Positions 16,311 to 27,700 of a stretch of 61,651 nucleotides of DNA are shown one piece after another. Both the position numbers and the translations under genes were made by a program. The notes under the pieces are model-generated. The model saw only the letters and a list, made by a program, of their open reading frames with translations, made no database searches and was not told where the DNA came from. Source of the DNA: a virus (taxonomy: Duplodnaviria > Caudoviricetes); IMG/VR virus record IMGVR_UViG_3300038696_000188, positions 1 to 61,651 of that record; one strand, given 5' to 3'. Numbering within the stretch: position 1 is the stretch's first letter; each line of letters begins with the position of its first letter.

Positions 16311-19300
16311 CATTTTCAATAGAGGGAAGAAGTCTTCTTCTCCCGCTAAAACTGCGGTAGAGAAAATTAATGAGTCTGCTCTTGCTTTGATTGTTTCAGC
16401 TAACGAGACGCAGCGTGGCGGTCGGTTGGTCACTAAGGGTGCCGCGTTGGAGATTGTTCGTCGTTCTTTGGTGAAGAATCGGGATGCTACTTTTTCGGTT
16501 AAAAAGTTTCACGCTTTAAAAGATGTTTCGGAATATGTATCTTTGGCGCAGCGTAACAAAGTTATTACTGCTTCTGCTGCCCATTTTGACTTGTTGCCTG
16601 TTGGGCACCCTTCTTCGGCTCGTTCTCACTCTATGTCTGATGAGGATGTGATGCGCTCTCGTGCTCGTTGGTATGCGGATGATTCTATTGTCACTGATGA
16701 AGTAGTTTATTCTTTGTTGGCTGCTGCTTTTGTTTCAGATTCTTCTTCTCCTGAGTACATTTATGCTGCAGCACGTTTGGCTGCTATGGGCGCGTCTCGG
16801 GTGCCTATTGATGCTTTGGTTGCGGCTTTGGGCTTCAATGATGGGGCTAACCGTGGGTTTTGGCGTAGGCAGCTTCGTGACCCTAAGGGTCGTTGGGCGA
16901 GAATGTTTGGCCTTATTAAGACTTTGGTTGATGTTGGTGGGCAGGTGCGTCCGCAGTACACAAAAATTGTTTCGGCTGACCCGAACACTAATAGGGTCCG
17001 CTCTATGCAGCCAGATGGCAGGATTATTGATAGCCCTGTTGAGTCTATTGATGCTGATGTTAAGGCTGTTATTCCTGGCGATGAGTCTCCCGATGGTATT
17101 GCTAGTTCGCCTGCCAGGTTTGAGACGGGTGACCCTATCACTAGTGTTGCTGATTTGGTTTATGTTGACGAGCCTCACGGTTTCTCTCGTAAGGGTGCAC
17201 CGTCTAGCCCTGAGGGGTTGGATGTGGATAAGTTTGAGCGTGTTTGGGAGGATGAACTCGGCAACTATCAGGTTATTCAGGGAAACTTTCGTGAGGGCGA
17301 GGGTTCTGAGTTTGTTGTTTCTCGTTTGGAGCAGGAGCAGGTTGTTCCAATTGGTGTTGGTAAGAACTGGTTTGATGCCGCAAAGATTGTGAGCGCCGAT
17401 GAGCTTAACTTCCAGAAGGGCGATGATGCAGAGCCAAACATCCCTGAGGGGTTTGACATTGGCCCAGGGGCTAGGGAGGATATTAATCCTGCGGATTTGA
17501 GTTCTGATGAGCTTGCTGCTGGCTATGGTTGGACTAAGTCTGATGGTAGGTACAATCGTGATGGGTTTGATATTGAGGAGATGCCAGATGGCAAGTGGCT
17601 TCTCACTGAGACTGGCGAGGGTGGCGAGTCTCGCGAGAGTGGACCTTTCGATGGTCCTGCCGATGCTTTTGAGCAGGGGCAGATTGATTCTGATGGTCCA
17701 GAGTTTGACCCTGGTGCTGTTGTAGATTTCCGTAATGACCAGGCTCCGCCTGAGACCCCCGAGCCTGTGGCACCGCAGGGGGAGGGGTTTTATGATGTTG
17801 ACCGTGGCCCGTATGAGCCGAAGGGGCCTGGGGATGGGGCGGAGTCTGAGGACTACACTGATGACCCGACCGAGATTGCTCAGCGGTTTGAGTCGAGTGA
17901 TTTAGAGAGTGCCCTTGAGGAGTCTGTTCGTAATGGTTCGGGGGAGGGGCTTCTTCCTTTCCAAGAGGGTGACGAGTATGTTCCCGCTGAGGCAATGTAT
18001 AACGCTCTTAAGGAGCAGGACCGCGACCCCGATGCTTTGTTGGATGACATTTACAGTGGCGATGTTGCTGTCCCTGACCAAGTAGACCTTCCTGGCGATG
18101 TCCAGGATTCTGTTGAAGACCAGGGTCCAATTACTGCTGAGCAGGTTGCCGAACTTCGTAGCGAGCAGGACCTCCCCGCTTTGCTTGACGGGCTCAATGA
18201 TGAAGAGCTTGCTGATGTTATCAATAACAAGGATTACAGTCCGTATCTTCCTGGTAACGATGAGTTTGATGTTCCTGAGGGCATGTATGAGATTGACTCA
18301 AACCCTTTTGACCCTAACGCTGATATTGCTCCTGATGACGCTCCTGAGGGCGCACCTAATAATCCTTATGATATGGCAATGGACATGTCTACTGAGGATT
18401 TGGAGAATGGCTTGCGGGGAGCTATTGCTGTCGACGAGGACTCTGACCGTCTTGGCTACTACCCGATTGTTGCTTTTGATGAGGACGGCGAGGAGTATTC
18501 TTATGATGCTCCAGCTGAGGCTTTCCGTGATGCCCTCCAGTTGCAGGGGGTTGACACCAACGAAATTTTGCGAGAAGCTTATTCAGATACCGAACCAACA
18601 CCTGACGAAGCAGCAGAGATGCTTGATGGTGAGAATATAGAGGAGACAGATAGTGGCGGAGAACCAGGAGCAGCAGACGGTGACGCAGGCGGACAGGGAC
18701 AGCGCGGCGAAGGCGTACCCGAACCAGACGTGGACGGACGAGGAAATCAAGATGGCGAAAGCCCTTGGTCATCTCTAGGTAACCCTCTCCCTGAGGCGGC
18801 TAGCGCCCAGGATATTAGGGATAGGGACCTCCCTACTCCCGAGATTTTTGAGCTTGACCCCGAGACTGATGCTGATGCTTTTGAGGCTCAGATGCAGGGC
18901 CTGAAGAAAAACAATGACTATGCTGCTTCGGTCTTTGTTTATGAGCCTGAAGAGTATCGCGAAATGCGGTTGTTCTCGACTGAGGATGGTACTGCTGGCT
19001 TTGCGTTGAAGCCTAGCGGGGACATTGTTTCTGTGTATGTTTATGGTAATTCACCTCATAAGAAAGCTACGGCTTCGATGCTTGCTCAGGCTGTGGAGTT
19101 GGGTGGGGACCGTCTTGACGCGTATGACACGGTTCTTCCAAAGATTTACGCTGAGGCTGGGTTTAAGCCTATCTCTCGCGTAACCTGGAATGATGCGTTT
19201 GCGCCCGAAGGTTGGGATAAGAAGACTTACGCTAAGTTCAATGAGGGTGAGCCTGATGTTGTTGCTATGGCGTATGACCCTGACCGTTTGGGTAGTAAGT

Positions 19301-22300
19301 ATGACCCAACGGAGGGCGAGGTTTTTGCTGATTACGATGAGGCTATGGCTGCTCGGGATGCTTCTATTGATGGTCCCGATGGCGTTGCTGAAAGCCCATT
19401 GGGTAGAACTTACGACATTTCCGATTGGGAGCAGGTAGGCGGGCAGTCTGGCTCTAATCAGGGCGGATTGTATCGTGATGCCGACGGCAATGAGTATTAC
19501 GTTAAGTTTCCGCCACAGAAGCAGCTCCGTAACGAGCTTCTCGCTTCGGCTCTTTATGAGAAGGTTGGTGTTCCTGTTGGTCGTGTCTATCTTGGGCGTG
19601 ACGCAGATGGCAAAGAGGTTCTTGTTTCTCCTATGCTTAAGAACTCCGAGTCTTTGCAGGACAATCTTGATAACCCTGACGCTATTGAGGGTGCTCGACT
19701 TGATTTTGCAGCGGATGCTTGGTTGAATAACTGGGATTCTGTTGGCCTTGTTTTTGATAACATGGTTATGGCTGACGAGAATGTGGCGGGTGTTGGCAGG
19801 CAGCTTTACCGTATTGATGCGGGTGGGTCTTTGTTGTTCCGTGCGCAGGGTGGCGACAAGGACCTCCCTGAGGATGTCAAGCTTATTGATACTTTGCGTA
19901 ACCCAGATATGAATCAGCAGGCTGCCACTATTTATGGTGACATGACTGATGAGGACATTAAGTTTAGTGTTCAGCGGATGCTCCCTGGCGCTACTGACGC
20001 AAATATTGATGAGCTTGTTGATTCAGCTTTCCCCGATGACACGGAGACTGCGGACTTGCTTAAGGAGCGCCTTAAGTCGCGCCGTGATTATTTGATTGAG
20101 CGTTTTAAGCCGTTGACTCCTGAGGCGTTGGACAATGCTGTTGCTGGCGAAGAGGAGACTGTCCGCTTTGATAGTTCGCCTGAGTTGGACAATGCTGTTG
20201 CGGGTGAGGAGCAGGCTTACTCTGAGCAGCTTAAGGAAGCTCAAGAGAATGTTGACGAGTCTTTCGCTGACAGTCCTTTAGTTCTTGATTTTGATGGTGA
20301 CGTTGAGGCTCAGGTTAATGATGCCATTGAGAATCAGAGGGACCTTGTCTTTTCGTATAACGGGGTTGACCGCATTGTTCGCCCTGTGTCGGTTGAGACG
20401 AACGAGAACACTGGCAATACAAACATTTCCGCTGTTGATGGTGATGGCAACTTTAAGAAGTTCACCATTTCGAAGATGTCTTCGGCACAGGATTCTGACA
20501 ATACTGTTGGTGACATTGTTGGCGAGGACTCTGGGGGCGATGAGATTGAGACTTCGGATGCTGTTGGTGCTGGTTATGAAGCAATCAAGAGCCAGTATTC
20601 TGCTGAGGAGCAGGAGGTTCTTGACAAGATTTTCTCGACTAAGGATGCAACTTCTGAGGAGCTCGAGAGCTTTGGTGAAGAGTCTGATGTAAATGATGAC
20701 ATAACAACAGACTATGTCCAGAAGATTGACTCTTACGACTCTGATGCCCCTGTGGTGTCAACTCCTGAGCAGAAGGTTATGGCTGACGCTGTTGAGGAGC
20801 TTATCAACCCTGAAGAGGGTGCGCAGGCCGCTGAGGCCAACGCAGCCGAAATTGCGGCGCTTTACGACAAGCTGGTTAATGGGATTAACTCGCCTGATAA
20901 CACGGAGTCCGACATTATTTGGCAGCGTGTTCAGGACGAGTACGAGGGAACTCTTCTGCCCAACGGACACATAGTTGTGTCTTCGACGATGCATGGTGAC
21001 CGTCGCTATGATGTTGTGGTTCGCCGTAATAACGACAACACGTTCCACATTTACCACCGTGTCACTTACCCCGATGGCTCAACTAAGGTTAAGGAGATGG
21101 GCGGTCAGGGCTGGCATTCAGCTGAGGCTCTGTTCTCTCGCGTTGACAATCAAATCTTTAATTCAAAGAGCCGCCCGAAGACAACGGTTAACAAGGGTCT
21201 AAAGCAGGAGAACGACAACACTCTCTACGCCGACACCTCAACTCCGACTCAACCTGGTAGCTATGTTGCTGCTGATGGTTCTGTGGTGAAGAAGGGTGAC
21301 CGTATTACGGTTGTTAACCCCACTCACAGCAAGTTTGGTGTGGGGGGCCGTATTGTTAGTACGAAACGTAAGTACAGTTCTGATGGCAAGAAGTACACAG
21401 ACTATCTCCGCGTTCGCTATGACGATGGCACTAAGAACAATATTGTTTCGACGAGTGTTGTTCCCGAGGGCAACGCGACTCCTGCTCCGTCCACGTCGTC
21501 TAAGACACCAAAAAAGCCAGCAGTTAAGACGCCAGTTACGTCGCCCGCTAAGACGAAATCTGGTGCTCCAATTCTTCCGCCACCTCTTGGAACAAAACCA
21601 TTTGGTCCTACTGTTACAGCGGCAAACGCTGTTCCTGGTGACCGTCTCGACCTCAAGGAGTCTTTAGCGCTCCCGCTAGGTTCGGTTGTGAGGTCTGGTG
21701 AGGGGCGCTTCTACTCACTATTTAATTCAGAGAACAACGTATGGGTAGACATCTCTAATGACTTTACGCATAATCTCACAGAGAGCGACCGAGCAGTGTA
21801 CATCGCACCTAACAAGGACGCGGCTCTTAACGAGGTGGGTCCCGAGGTTGAAAATCCTTTAGAGAGCGGTGCCTTACCCGCACCTTCTTCGTGGACTGTT
21901 GCGACAACCAACGCCGAGGGGGATGCACTCGATGAGTTTACGCTTCCTTCTGGTGACTTGGTAGTTGACGCTAGACTTTATATGCACAAAAAGAATCGTC
22001 ACTATTTGAATAAAGACTTTGCGAAGCAGTATGGTTTTGATGGTACGGGCAAACTGCAAGCTGGACTGCAAAAGCTTTTTACTTCACAGAAGAAACCGAC
22101 AAAAGTTCCCTCGACTGGTTTGGTTGAAATCGTGCCAGGATTTATTGTCATGGACGCAAGTCTTCCATCGACCGTGGCTGACATGAGTAAAACACAATAT
22201 ATCGTGGACGATGTTGATTTTAATACTGGAGAGTTTAGTGTGGTTGCTATTACAGGACCTGACAGAACTAAAAGGTTTGTTGGTCTCAGTGGGAAAGATG

Positions 22301-23919
22301 TGATGGCAACGTCTGGATTTTTGAGCCCTTTGGATGCTGACACTAGGTTTGGCGTTAAAATTGCTGACAAACCTATGCGGGAAATTAAAGAAGCTAAACT
22401 TTTTATTGAGAACCCTGGATTCTATAGCGACGCGAATATGGTCAATGGCGCTGGCGTTGACGAGCCAGAGTTAGAGTCCCTGCCTGACTGGGGGCAAGCT
22501 CCTGAGGGCACTGTTTCTACAGAAGATGCGCTCAACCAGCTTCGCCAGTGGGATTCGTTGGGCGATGCACGGCAGACTACTCAAGGTATTTATACCTTGA
22601 TGGACTCAGTTTCTATTGAGGATGGGCAAGTAAGGATTCAACGAGTAGTAGACGCTGATGGCAACAAGCGAGTCAGGCTTACAGGAAAACTTACGAGTTG
22701 GTTTGGTCGAAACAAATTTATTTCTGATGTCGATAGCGGAAAGATTTCTGCAAAAGAGTCTGCGGGAATTGATTTTAACTTTTACGAGCAAACTGATGAT
22801 GGTCTTAGTTATTCTGCTACTCCTGTTGGCGGCTTTGAGATTGATGACGCACAAACAGGAGCAACCTATTCGTATAAAACTTCTCAGGGCTATGATGTCG
22901 CGGTTCACAGGGCTCTAACTGCCGAGGAAACATTGGGATTGTCCGAGAATGAAAAAGAGCTTGACTATTTCAGTACTCACGAGAGTGGCTATGACCGAAG
23001 TGTCTCTCTTCACAACATGTTTGATGTTCTTTTGCCCGAGAATGCTTCGTCTTCCGATATTGAGCAGGCGTTGCAAGAAATGGGAATTACACAATCGCGG
23101 CCTGCTACTGATTTGGATGTTCGCACAATTATGGAGAACAAGCTTATTACTTTGTTTGGTCAGAAACGGGACGGAACCAAGAACGCATCTGGGTTGCTTC
23201 GTGAACAAGAGCTGCAAAAAATCAAAGAAACTTACAATATTACTGTAGATGATTTAATTATTGAGAGTGATAAGACTACTAGGAGTAGGCCGATAATTAA
23301 GCTTTCCCCAGAGGCGGCTAAAAATGTTGTAGAAAGTTCTGGTATTAAGCACTTTTATCACCAGATGGGCACGAGTAGTTTGCTAGGAAACCTTGACGAC
23401 ACGGCCAATGCTATTGTTGATTTGTTTGAGGATGGGGCTTTAGCCAGTAGTACCTCTAGGCTTATTACGGGGGGCAACACAGGGCAGTCATCAAACGACG
23501 ATATATTCCGTCCTGGCGCTGACTACACTTTTTTGTATCTCGTAAATGATTCTAACGCAAAAGACGCTGGGCACTGGAACGCTGACCCGACTTATGTTAG
23601 CTCTGTCAGCTTTATCATTGACCCTCAAGCTATGCTTGAGAGGCTTGACTTTTACGCAAACGAGGGAGACCTGTGGGGGATGATGCAGAATAAGGTGTTT
23701 GACCCGCTCAAGGCTTTGGAGGGGGCAAATTCTTCGGCAGAAGCATTATTTAAAACAGATGTCCCTCTTAGTGCTATAAAAGCTATGTCGGTGACTCCCG
23801 AGCTTCGCGCACGTGTCCTAAAGATTTTGGCGGAGAGAGGGATTGACTTTATCAATGGAAACGATGTTCAGCAGATGATGAGCACCCCCGCTTCCGATTG
23901 GGATTGGAGTAGAAAATAG
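16303..23919 (+). CDS. Giant (~2540 aa) polyvalent, probably virion-associated protein: GNAT-like, kinase-like, WYL-like, SH3-like and ART-like domains
   Basis: RBS AAGGAG; domain motifs described in findings; lies between portal and prohead protease. Confidence 0.75.
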   Translation: MLNIFNRGKKSSSPAKTAVEKINESALALIVSANETQRGGRLVTKGAALEIVRRSLVKNRDATFSVKKFHALKDVSEYVSLAQRNKVITASAAHFDLLPVGHPSSARSHSMSDEDVMRSRARWYADDSIVTDEVVYSLLAAAFVSDSSSPEYIYAAARLAAMGASRVPIDALVAALGFNDGANRGFWRRQLRDPKGRWARMFGLIKTLVDVGGQVRPQYTKIVSADPNTNRVRSMQPDGRIIDSPVESIDADVKAVIPGDESPDGIASSPARFETGDPITSVADLVYVDEPHGFSRKGAPSSPEGLDVDKFERVWEDELGNYQVIQGNFREGEGSEFVVSRLEQEQVVPIGVGKNWFDAAKIVSADELNFQKGDDAEPNIPEGFDIGPGAREDINPADLSSDELAAGYGWTKSDGRYNRDGFDIEEMPDGKWLLTETGEGGESRESGPFDGPADAFEQGQIDSDGPEFDPGAVVDFRNDQAPPETPEPVAPQGEGFYDVDRGPYEPKGPGDGAESEDYTDDPTEIAQRFESSDLESALEESVRNGSGEGLLPFQEGDEYVPAEAMYNALKEQDRDPDALLDDIYSGDVAVPDQVDLPGDVQDSVEDQGPITAEQVAELRSEQDLPALLDGLNDEELADVINNKDYSPYLPGNDEFDVPEGMYEIDSNPFDPNADIAPDDAPEGAPNNPYDMAMDMSTEDLENGLRGAIAVDEDSDRLGYYPIVAFDEDGEEYSYDAPAEAFRDALQLQGVDTNEILREAYSDTEPTPDEAAEMLDGENIEETDSGGEPGAADGDAGGQGQRGEGVPEPDVDGRGNQDGESPWSSLGNPLPEAASAQDIRDRDLPTPEIFELDPETDADAFEAQMQGLKKNNDYAASVFVYEPEEYREMRLFSTEDGTAGFALKPSGDIVSVYVYGNSPHKKATASMLAQAVELGGDRLDAYDTVLPKIYAEAGFKPISRVTWNDAFAPEGWDKKTYAKFNEGEPDVVAMAYDPDRLGSKYDPTEGEVFADYDEAMAARDASIDGPDGVAESPLGRTYDISDWEQVGGQSGSNQGGLYRDADGNEYYVKFPPQKQLRNELLASALYEKVGVPVGRVYLGRDADGKEVLVSPMLKNSESLQDNLDNPDAIEGARLDFAADAWLNNWDSVGLVFDNMVMADENVAGVGRQLYRIDAGGSLLFRAQGGDKDLPEDVKLIDTLRNPDMNQQAATIYGDMTDEDIKFSVQRMLPGATDANIDELVDSAFPDDTETADLLKERLKSRRDYLIERFKPLTPEALDNAVAGEEETVRFDSSPELDNAVAGEEQAYSEQLKEAQENVDESFADSPLVLDFDGDVEAQVNDAIENQRDLVFSYNGVDRIVRPVSVETNENTGNTNISAVDGDGNFKKFTISKMSSAQDSDNTVGDIVGEDSGGDEIETSDAVGAGYEAIKSQYSAEEQEVLDKIFSTKDATSEELESFGEESDVNDDITTDYVQKIDSYDSDAPVVSTPEQKVMADAVEELINPEEGAQAAEANAAEIAALYDKLVNGINSPDNTESDIIWQRVQDEYEGTLLPNGHIVVSSTMHGDRRYDVVVRRNNDNTFHIYHRVTYPDGSTKVKEMGGQGWHSAEALFSRVDNQIFNSKSRPKTTVNKGLKQENDNTLYADTSTPTQPGSYVAADGSVVKKGDRITVVNPTHSKFGVGGRIVSTKRKYSSDGKKYTDYLRVRYDDGTKNNIVSTSVVPEGNATPAPSTSSKTPKKPAVKTPVTSPAKTKSGAPILPPPLGTKPFGPTVTAANAVPGDRLDLKESLALPLGSVVRSGEGRFYSLFNSENNVWVDISNDFTHNLTESDRAVYIAPNKDAALNEVGPEVENPLESGALPAPSSWTVATTNAEGDALDEFTLPSGDLVVDARLYMHKKNRHYLNKDFAKQYGFDGTGKLQAGLQKLFTSQKKPTKVPSTGLVEIVPGFIVMDASLPSTVADMSKTQYIVDDVDFNTGEFSVVAITGPDRTKRFVGLSGKDVMATSGFLSPLDADTRFGVKIADKPMREIKEAKLFIENPGFYSDANMVNGAGVDEPELESLPDWGQAPEGTVSTEDALNQLRQWDSLGDARQTTQGIYTLMDSVSIEDGQVRIQRVVDADGNKRVRLTGKLTSWFGRNKFISDVDSGKISAKESAGIDFNFYEQTDDGLSYSATPVGGFEIDDAQTGATYSYKTSQGYDVAVHRALTAEETLGLSENEKELDYFSTHESGYDRSVSLHNMFDVLLPENASSSDIEQALQEMGITQSRPATDLDVRTIMENKLITLFGQKRDGTKNASGLLREQELQKIKETYNITVDDLIIESDKTTRSRPIIKLSPEAAKNVVESSGIKHFYHQMGTSSLLGNLDDTANAIVDLFEDGALASSTSRLITGGNTGQSSNDDIFRPGADYTFLYLVNDSNAKDAGHWNADPTYVSSVSFIIDPQAMLERLDFYANEGDLWGMMQNKVFDPLKALEGANSSAEALFKTDVPLSAIKAMSVTPELRARVLKILAERGIDFINGNDVQQMMSTPASDWDWSRK

Positions 23920-23921
23920 AA

Positions 23922-24476
23922 ATGGCTGAGGCTAAAGAACTAAGAGACACACCTGGGGTTATGCACCGCTACAGTGGCGACCATCAGGGCACTGTAGTCC
24001 TTAGGTCCGCAATACTTGTCACTGATACGGATGAACCTGACTACGTTATTGCCACTACGGACCAGGGGCAGCCTAGGAAACTATCTCTTGACGAGGAGTT
24101 GAAAGAATTTAGCGGAACTTACTTTATTAAGTCGAATGGCGAGAACTATGCTCTGTCTGACTTCTCTGTAGCTCACCGCTTTGCTCTTTTTGGTGGTCTT
24201 CCTTTTTCAAAAGAGTTAGCCGAAGTTTATGTGACTACTGGTCTTGATGTTTTTGCGGGTGTCAAGGACGGTGCACCAGTTGGAGTGTATCTGAAGACTA
24301 GAGATGGTAAGTTTTATTCGAGGGAAGATTCTTCTTGGGCTGAGAAGGATAGCTTCCCTGAGGGCGAAGAGATTGTCCCTGTTGGCCTGGGCGGTGCAGC
24401 TTTAGTCTGCCGTGGGCTTGATGTCGGGTTAGATGTAACACTAAAAGAAGCAAACATTAGAATTAATAAGAAGTAA
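23922..24476 (+). CDS. Hypothetical protein (candidate partner of the giant protein)
   Basis: Starts 2 nt after the giant gene's stop. Confidence 0.7.
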   Translation: MAEAKELRDTPGVMHRYSGDHQGTVVLRSAILVTDTDEPDYVIATTDQGQPRKLSLDEELKEFSGTYFIKSNGENYALSDFSVAHRFALFGGLPFSKELAEVYVTTGLDVFAGVKDGAPVGVYLKTRDGKFYSREDSSWAEKDSFPEGEEIVPVGLGGAALVCRGLDVGLDVTLKEANIRINKK

Positions 24477-24491
24477 ACTTATATAGGAGAT

Positions 24492-24791
24492 ATGATGATT
24501 TCTAAAGGTAAAAAAGTTGTTGACTTTGTCGAAGTTTACTTTTCTGATAAAACACAAGAGCTTATTGCTTTAGTTTACGTTCTTAAGGGTGTTGGGGAGT
24601 ACATCCGTCAGGACGGCATGTGGCTACCTTTTGAAGATATGCCTGAAGAAATTTATGATGGCTCTGAATATGTTGTCCTGGAGAAGGCGGACGCACTTGA
24701 TATGCAACTAAAAGAAAAGTTTGACGAAGGCGATGCAATCTCTCGAGATGAAGTTTTCGCTAAAGGAACGGATAAGTACGATGATATCTAG
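24492..24791 (+). CDS. Small acidic hypothetical protein
   Basis: RBS AGGAG; overlaps the protease start. Confidence 0.7.
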   Translation: MMISKGKKVVDFVEVYFSDKTQELIALVYVLKGVGEYIRQDGMWLPFEDMPEEIYDGSEYVVLEKADALDMQLKEKFDEGDAISRDEVFAKGTDKYDDI

Positions 24792-27700
24792 CGAGCTGAC
24801 CTACAAAGGTCGCAAGGGTGACAAGGTCCTTTATCTCAAGAGTGACTTTGGGGTGGTTATTGAGGAGTCCACTAATCTTGTTCTAGAGGTGGGCCCAGCC
24901 GAGGCTCTAATGGCCTCTTCTCGCTGGTTGAATCTTAAAAATAAAAAGCCCACACCTGTGTCTGAAGAGTTGGCTAATGCCGCATTGACAGAGCTTGACA
25001 TCACTGTGGTTGCGTCTGGCGACCGTATGTATACTATTCCCAAGGGCGCGGTTGCTGAGGCAAAGCGTGGGTTGGAATGGCGCAAGGAGGGGAAGCGCGG
25101 TGGCACCCCTGTGGGCCTTAATAGCGCTAGAACTATTGCTAAGGGCGGCCAGATTGGTATCCAGAAGGTTCGCCACATTGCTAAGTATTTTCCCCGTCAC
25201 GAGGTAGATAAGAAGGGTAGGGGCTACAAGCCTGGCCAGGATGGCTACCCTTCTAATGGTCGAATTGCTTGGGCTCTTTGGGGTGGGGATGCTGCTCAGC
25301 GTTGGGCCGCTTCTATTGTTGAGTCTGAAAACAAAAATAAGTCAAATGCTGTAATCACCGCAGGTATGTTTGAAAACTATGACACTGAGGAAAGAGTGGA
25401 CTACGCTTCTTTTAACACGGTGTCTGCTAGTTCTGAGTTTTATATTAGGATTCGCTTGGACACGGGGAGCATTGACCGTCTCTATAAAGTCAACGAAGAC
25501 GGCACTTGTTTTGTGTGGGATGACGGTTGCTGGGAAGATTTGGGGAATGTCCAGCACGACTTTTTTACGTATGATAAGTCGCTCGATGAGCCTTACGACA
25601 CTGTAAAAAAGGTTCACGTATCTGTTGACCGCGAGAGTGCAATTAGCATTTCGGCAATGTTTGACACTGCGCCTTTTGATGGTGTCTCTCTTAAGAGTCT
25701 TAACTTTGAAGAGACGGAACTTTTTGAGAGTGCTATGCCTGGGGTGGACTGGGTGCTGTTGGACCAACTTAGTTCTGACACGGTCGAGGAGTACGAGGAA
25801 GAGGAAGAGTACGACGACGGTCTTATGGCGTCCGGTGTTGCGGAGTTTGCTGAGGCAGAAACCGAGGACACGACTCCAGGGGTTTACAGCCCTGAGGAGC
25901 GCTCTGAGGCGGCCTCTTCTCAGGTTAGGGATAAGCTTGGAAGATTCGCACAGAACGGCTCACGAGTTGTTATTGGAGGAAACTATGACTATCAGGGAAC
26001 AATTACTGCACAAGATTCTGATGCTGGAACAATTAGTGTGGAGCTGGATAACGGAAGTACGGTTGAGGTACCAGGAAACACGACGCAGGAAGTAAGCACC
26101 TTTGAGCCTATTTCTCAGGTTCCCGCAAGTAACTTGGATTTTTCGGGTATTTTGGGTGAGCCACGTACTCCGATTGACCAGGGTGGGGCAACGCTCCCAG
26201 GGACACTTCCTGCTCTTAACAGAGATAGTTTAGATTCTGTTGTTTCTAGTTGGGGCAGCTGGGTTGCGGACCAACGTCTTGCACCTGAATACGAGGCTAC
26301 TCCTGCAGCGCCTTTTATTCCTAAGGCTGTGCCTGATATTAATACTGCTATGGGACGGTACTACCAGGGGGCGTTTAACCCAGACGGTAGCGCTAAGTCT
26401 AGTTGGAACCCAGCTATTGCCCCTAACGTTGCAAATGAGCCTCTTCTTCGTAACTGGCTTGACAATGTTTACGGTAAAAGTACTGGTGGGTACCAGGGGG
26501 GTTGGTACAAGCCTACCGTTCCCGTTGAGGCTAAAAAATCTAAAGAAGAGGTTTACAGTAAGGGTAACCAACAAGCTTGGGACAAGAAGTACAGCATTTA
26601 TGCTTCTGCACTAGTCGCTGCTGGAGATGCTCCCGCCCTCACCCCAGAGACTTCTGACGTTGCGCCTATGTATATGGCTATTGTTTCACCTGATGACCCT
26701 CAGGCTGTTCTTGAGCTTATTTCTTTGGTTCCTGCTACAGCAAAGACTATCCAACCAGCTGCATTTAAGCGGTCTGATAAGAAGTGGGTTCAGGACGATA
26801 AAATTCTTGCAGATTTGAATAGTCCCACTCCTCCGCCTGTAATTGTTTTGGATAACGAGAATTTGTCTGTTGTTTTGGAGCAGGTCGATGGGGGCCCAGT
26901 AACTGCGAGCGCCTTCCATGCTTTGACAAACAATGAAATATTGCGGGCTATTCAAGCTGCTGGTGGTGCTGACCGCAATCGTGGAAATGCCGAAAACTTG
27001 CGCCGCTACTGGACTGTAGGCAAGGGTGGTCTAAAAATCCGCTGGGGCACTGATGGTGACTGGACTCGTTGTAATCGCTACCTTAAGAAGTACATGGGTC
27101 CTCGCGCTAAAGGTTATTGTGCTCTCCGTCACAAGGAGATGAATGGTGTTTGGCCTGGTGACAAGCGCAATGTTGGCAAGAAGAAGGCTCTGCGTTCTTC
27201 TGGTGAGATGGAGACTTTAAAGACTTCCCAAACTATTATCGAGGAGTTTACACTCCGCGCTAGGGCGGAGTCTGCTCGGTCTCGCCTAGTTGGACGTTTG
27301 GGCCCTAAGCCTACAAAGCATGGTTCACGTTTTGTTATTCCTTTGGTTATCCCCGAGGCTACCGAAACTGGTGATGGACGCATCTTTGAAAGAGACTCTA
27401 TTTCAATGCGCAATCTTCCTCTCCCGTTAATGTGGCAGATTAAGAGCGGGCAGGGCCACGATGGCTCTGTTGTTGTGGGACAAATTATTTATATGGAAAG
27501 AACCGCAGAGGGTGTCGGGAATGCTTATGGCTATTTTGATACTGGAAGCTTTGGCCAAGAAGCAGAGCGCCTTGTTCGTCATGGTTTTATTCGTGGCGTG
27601 TCAGCTGATATGGATAAATTCGAGGCAGATGAGCCCGAAATTATTGAAATTGAAGACACCGAGAACGGCGGGACAGTAGAAAAAGAATCAGGTAAAATAA

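Noticed and set aside
20121-20214. LDNAVAGEE duplication within the giant gene
   Set aside because: Small in-frame linker duplication with no sign of a separate element.
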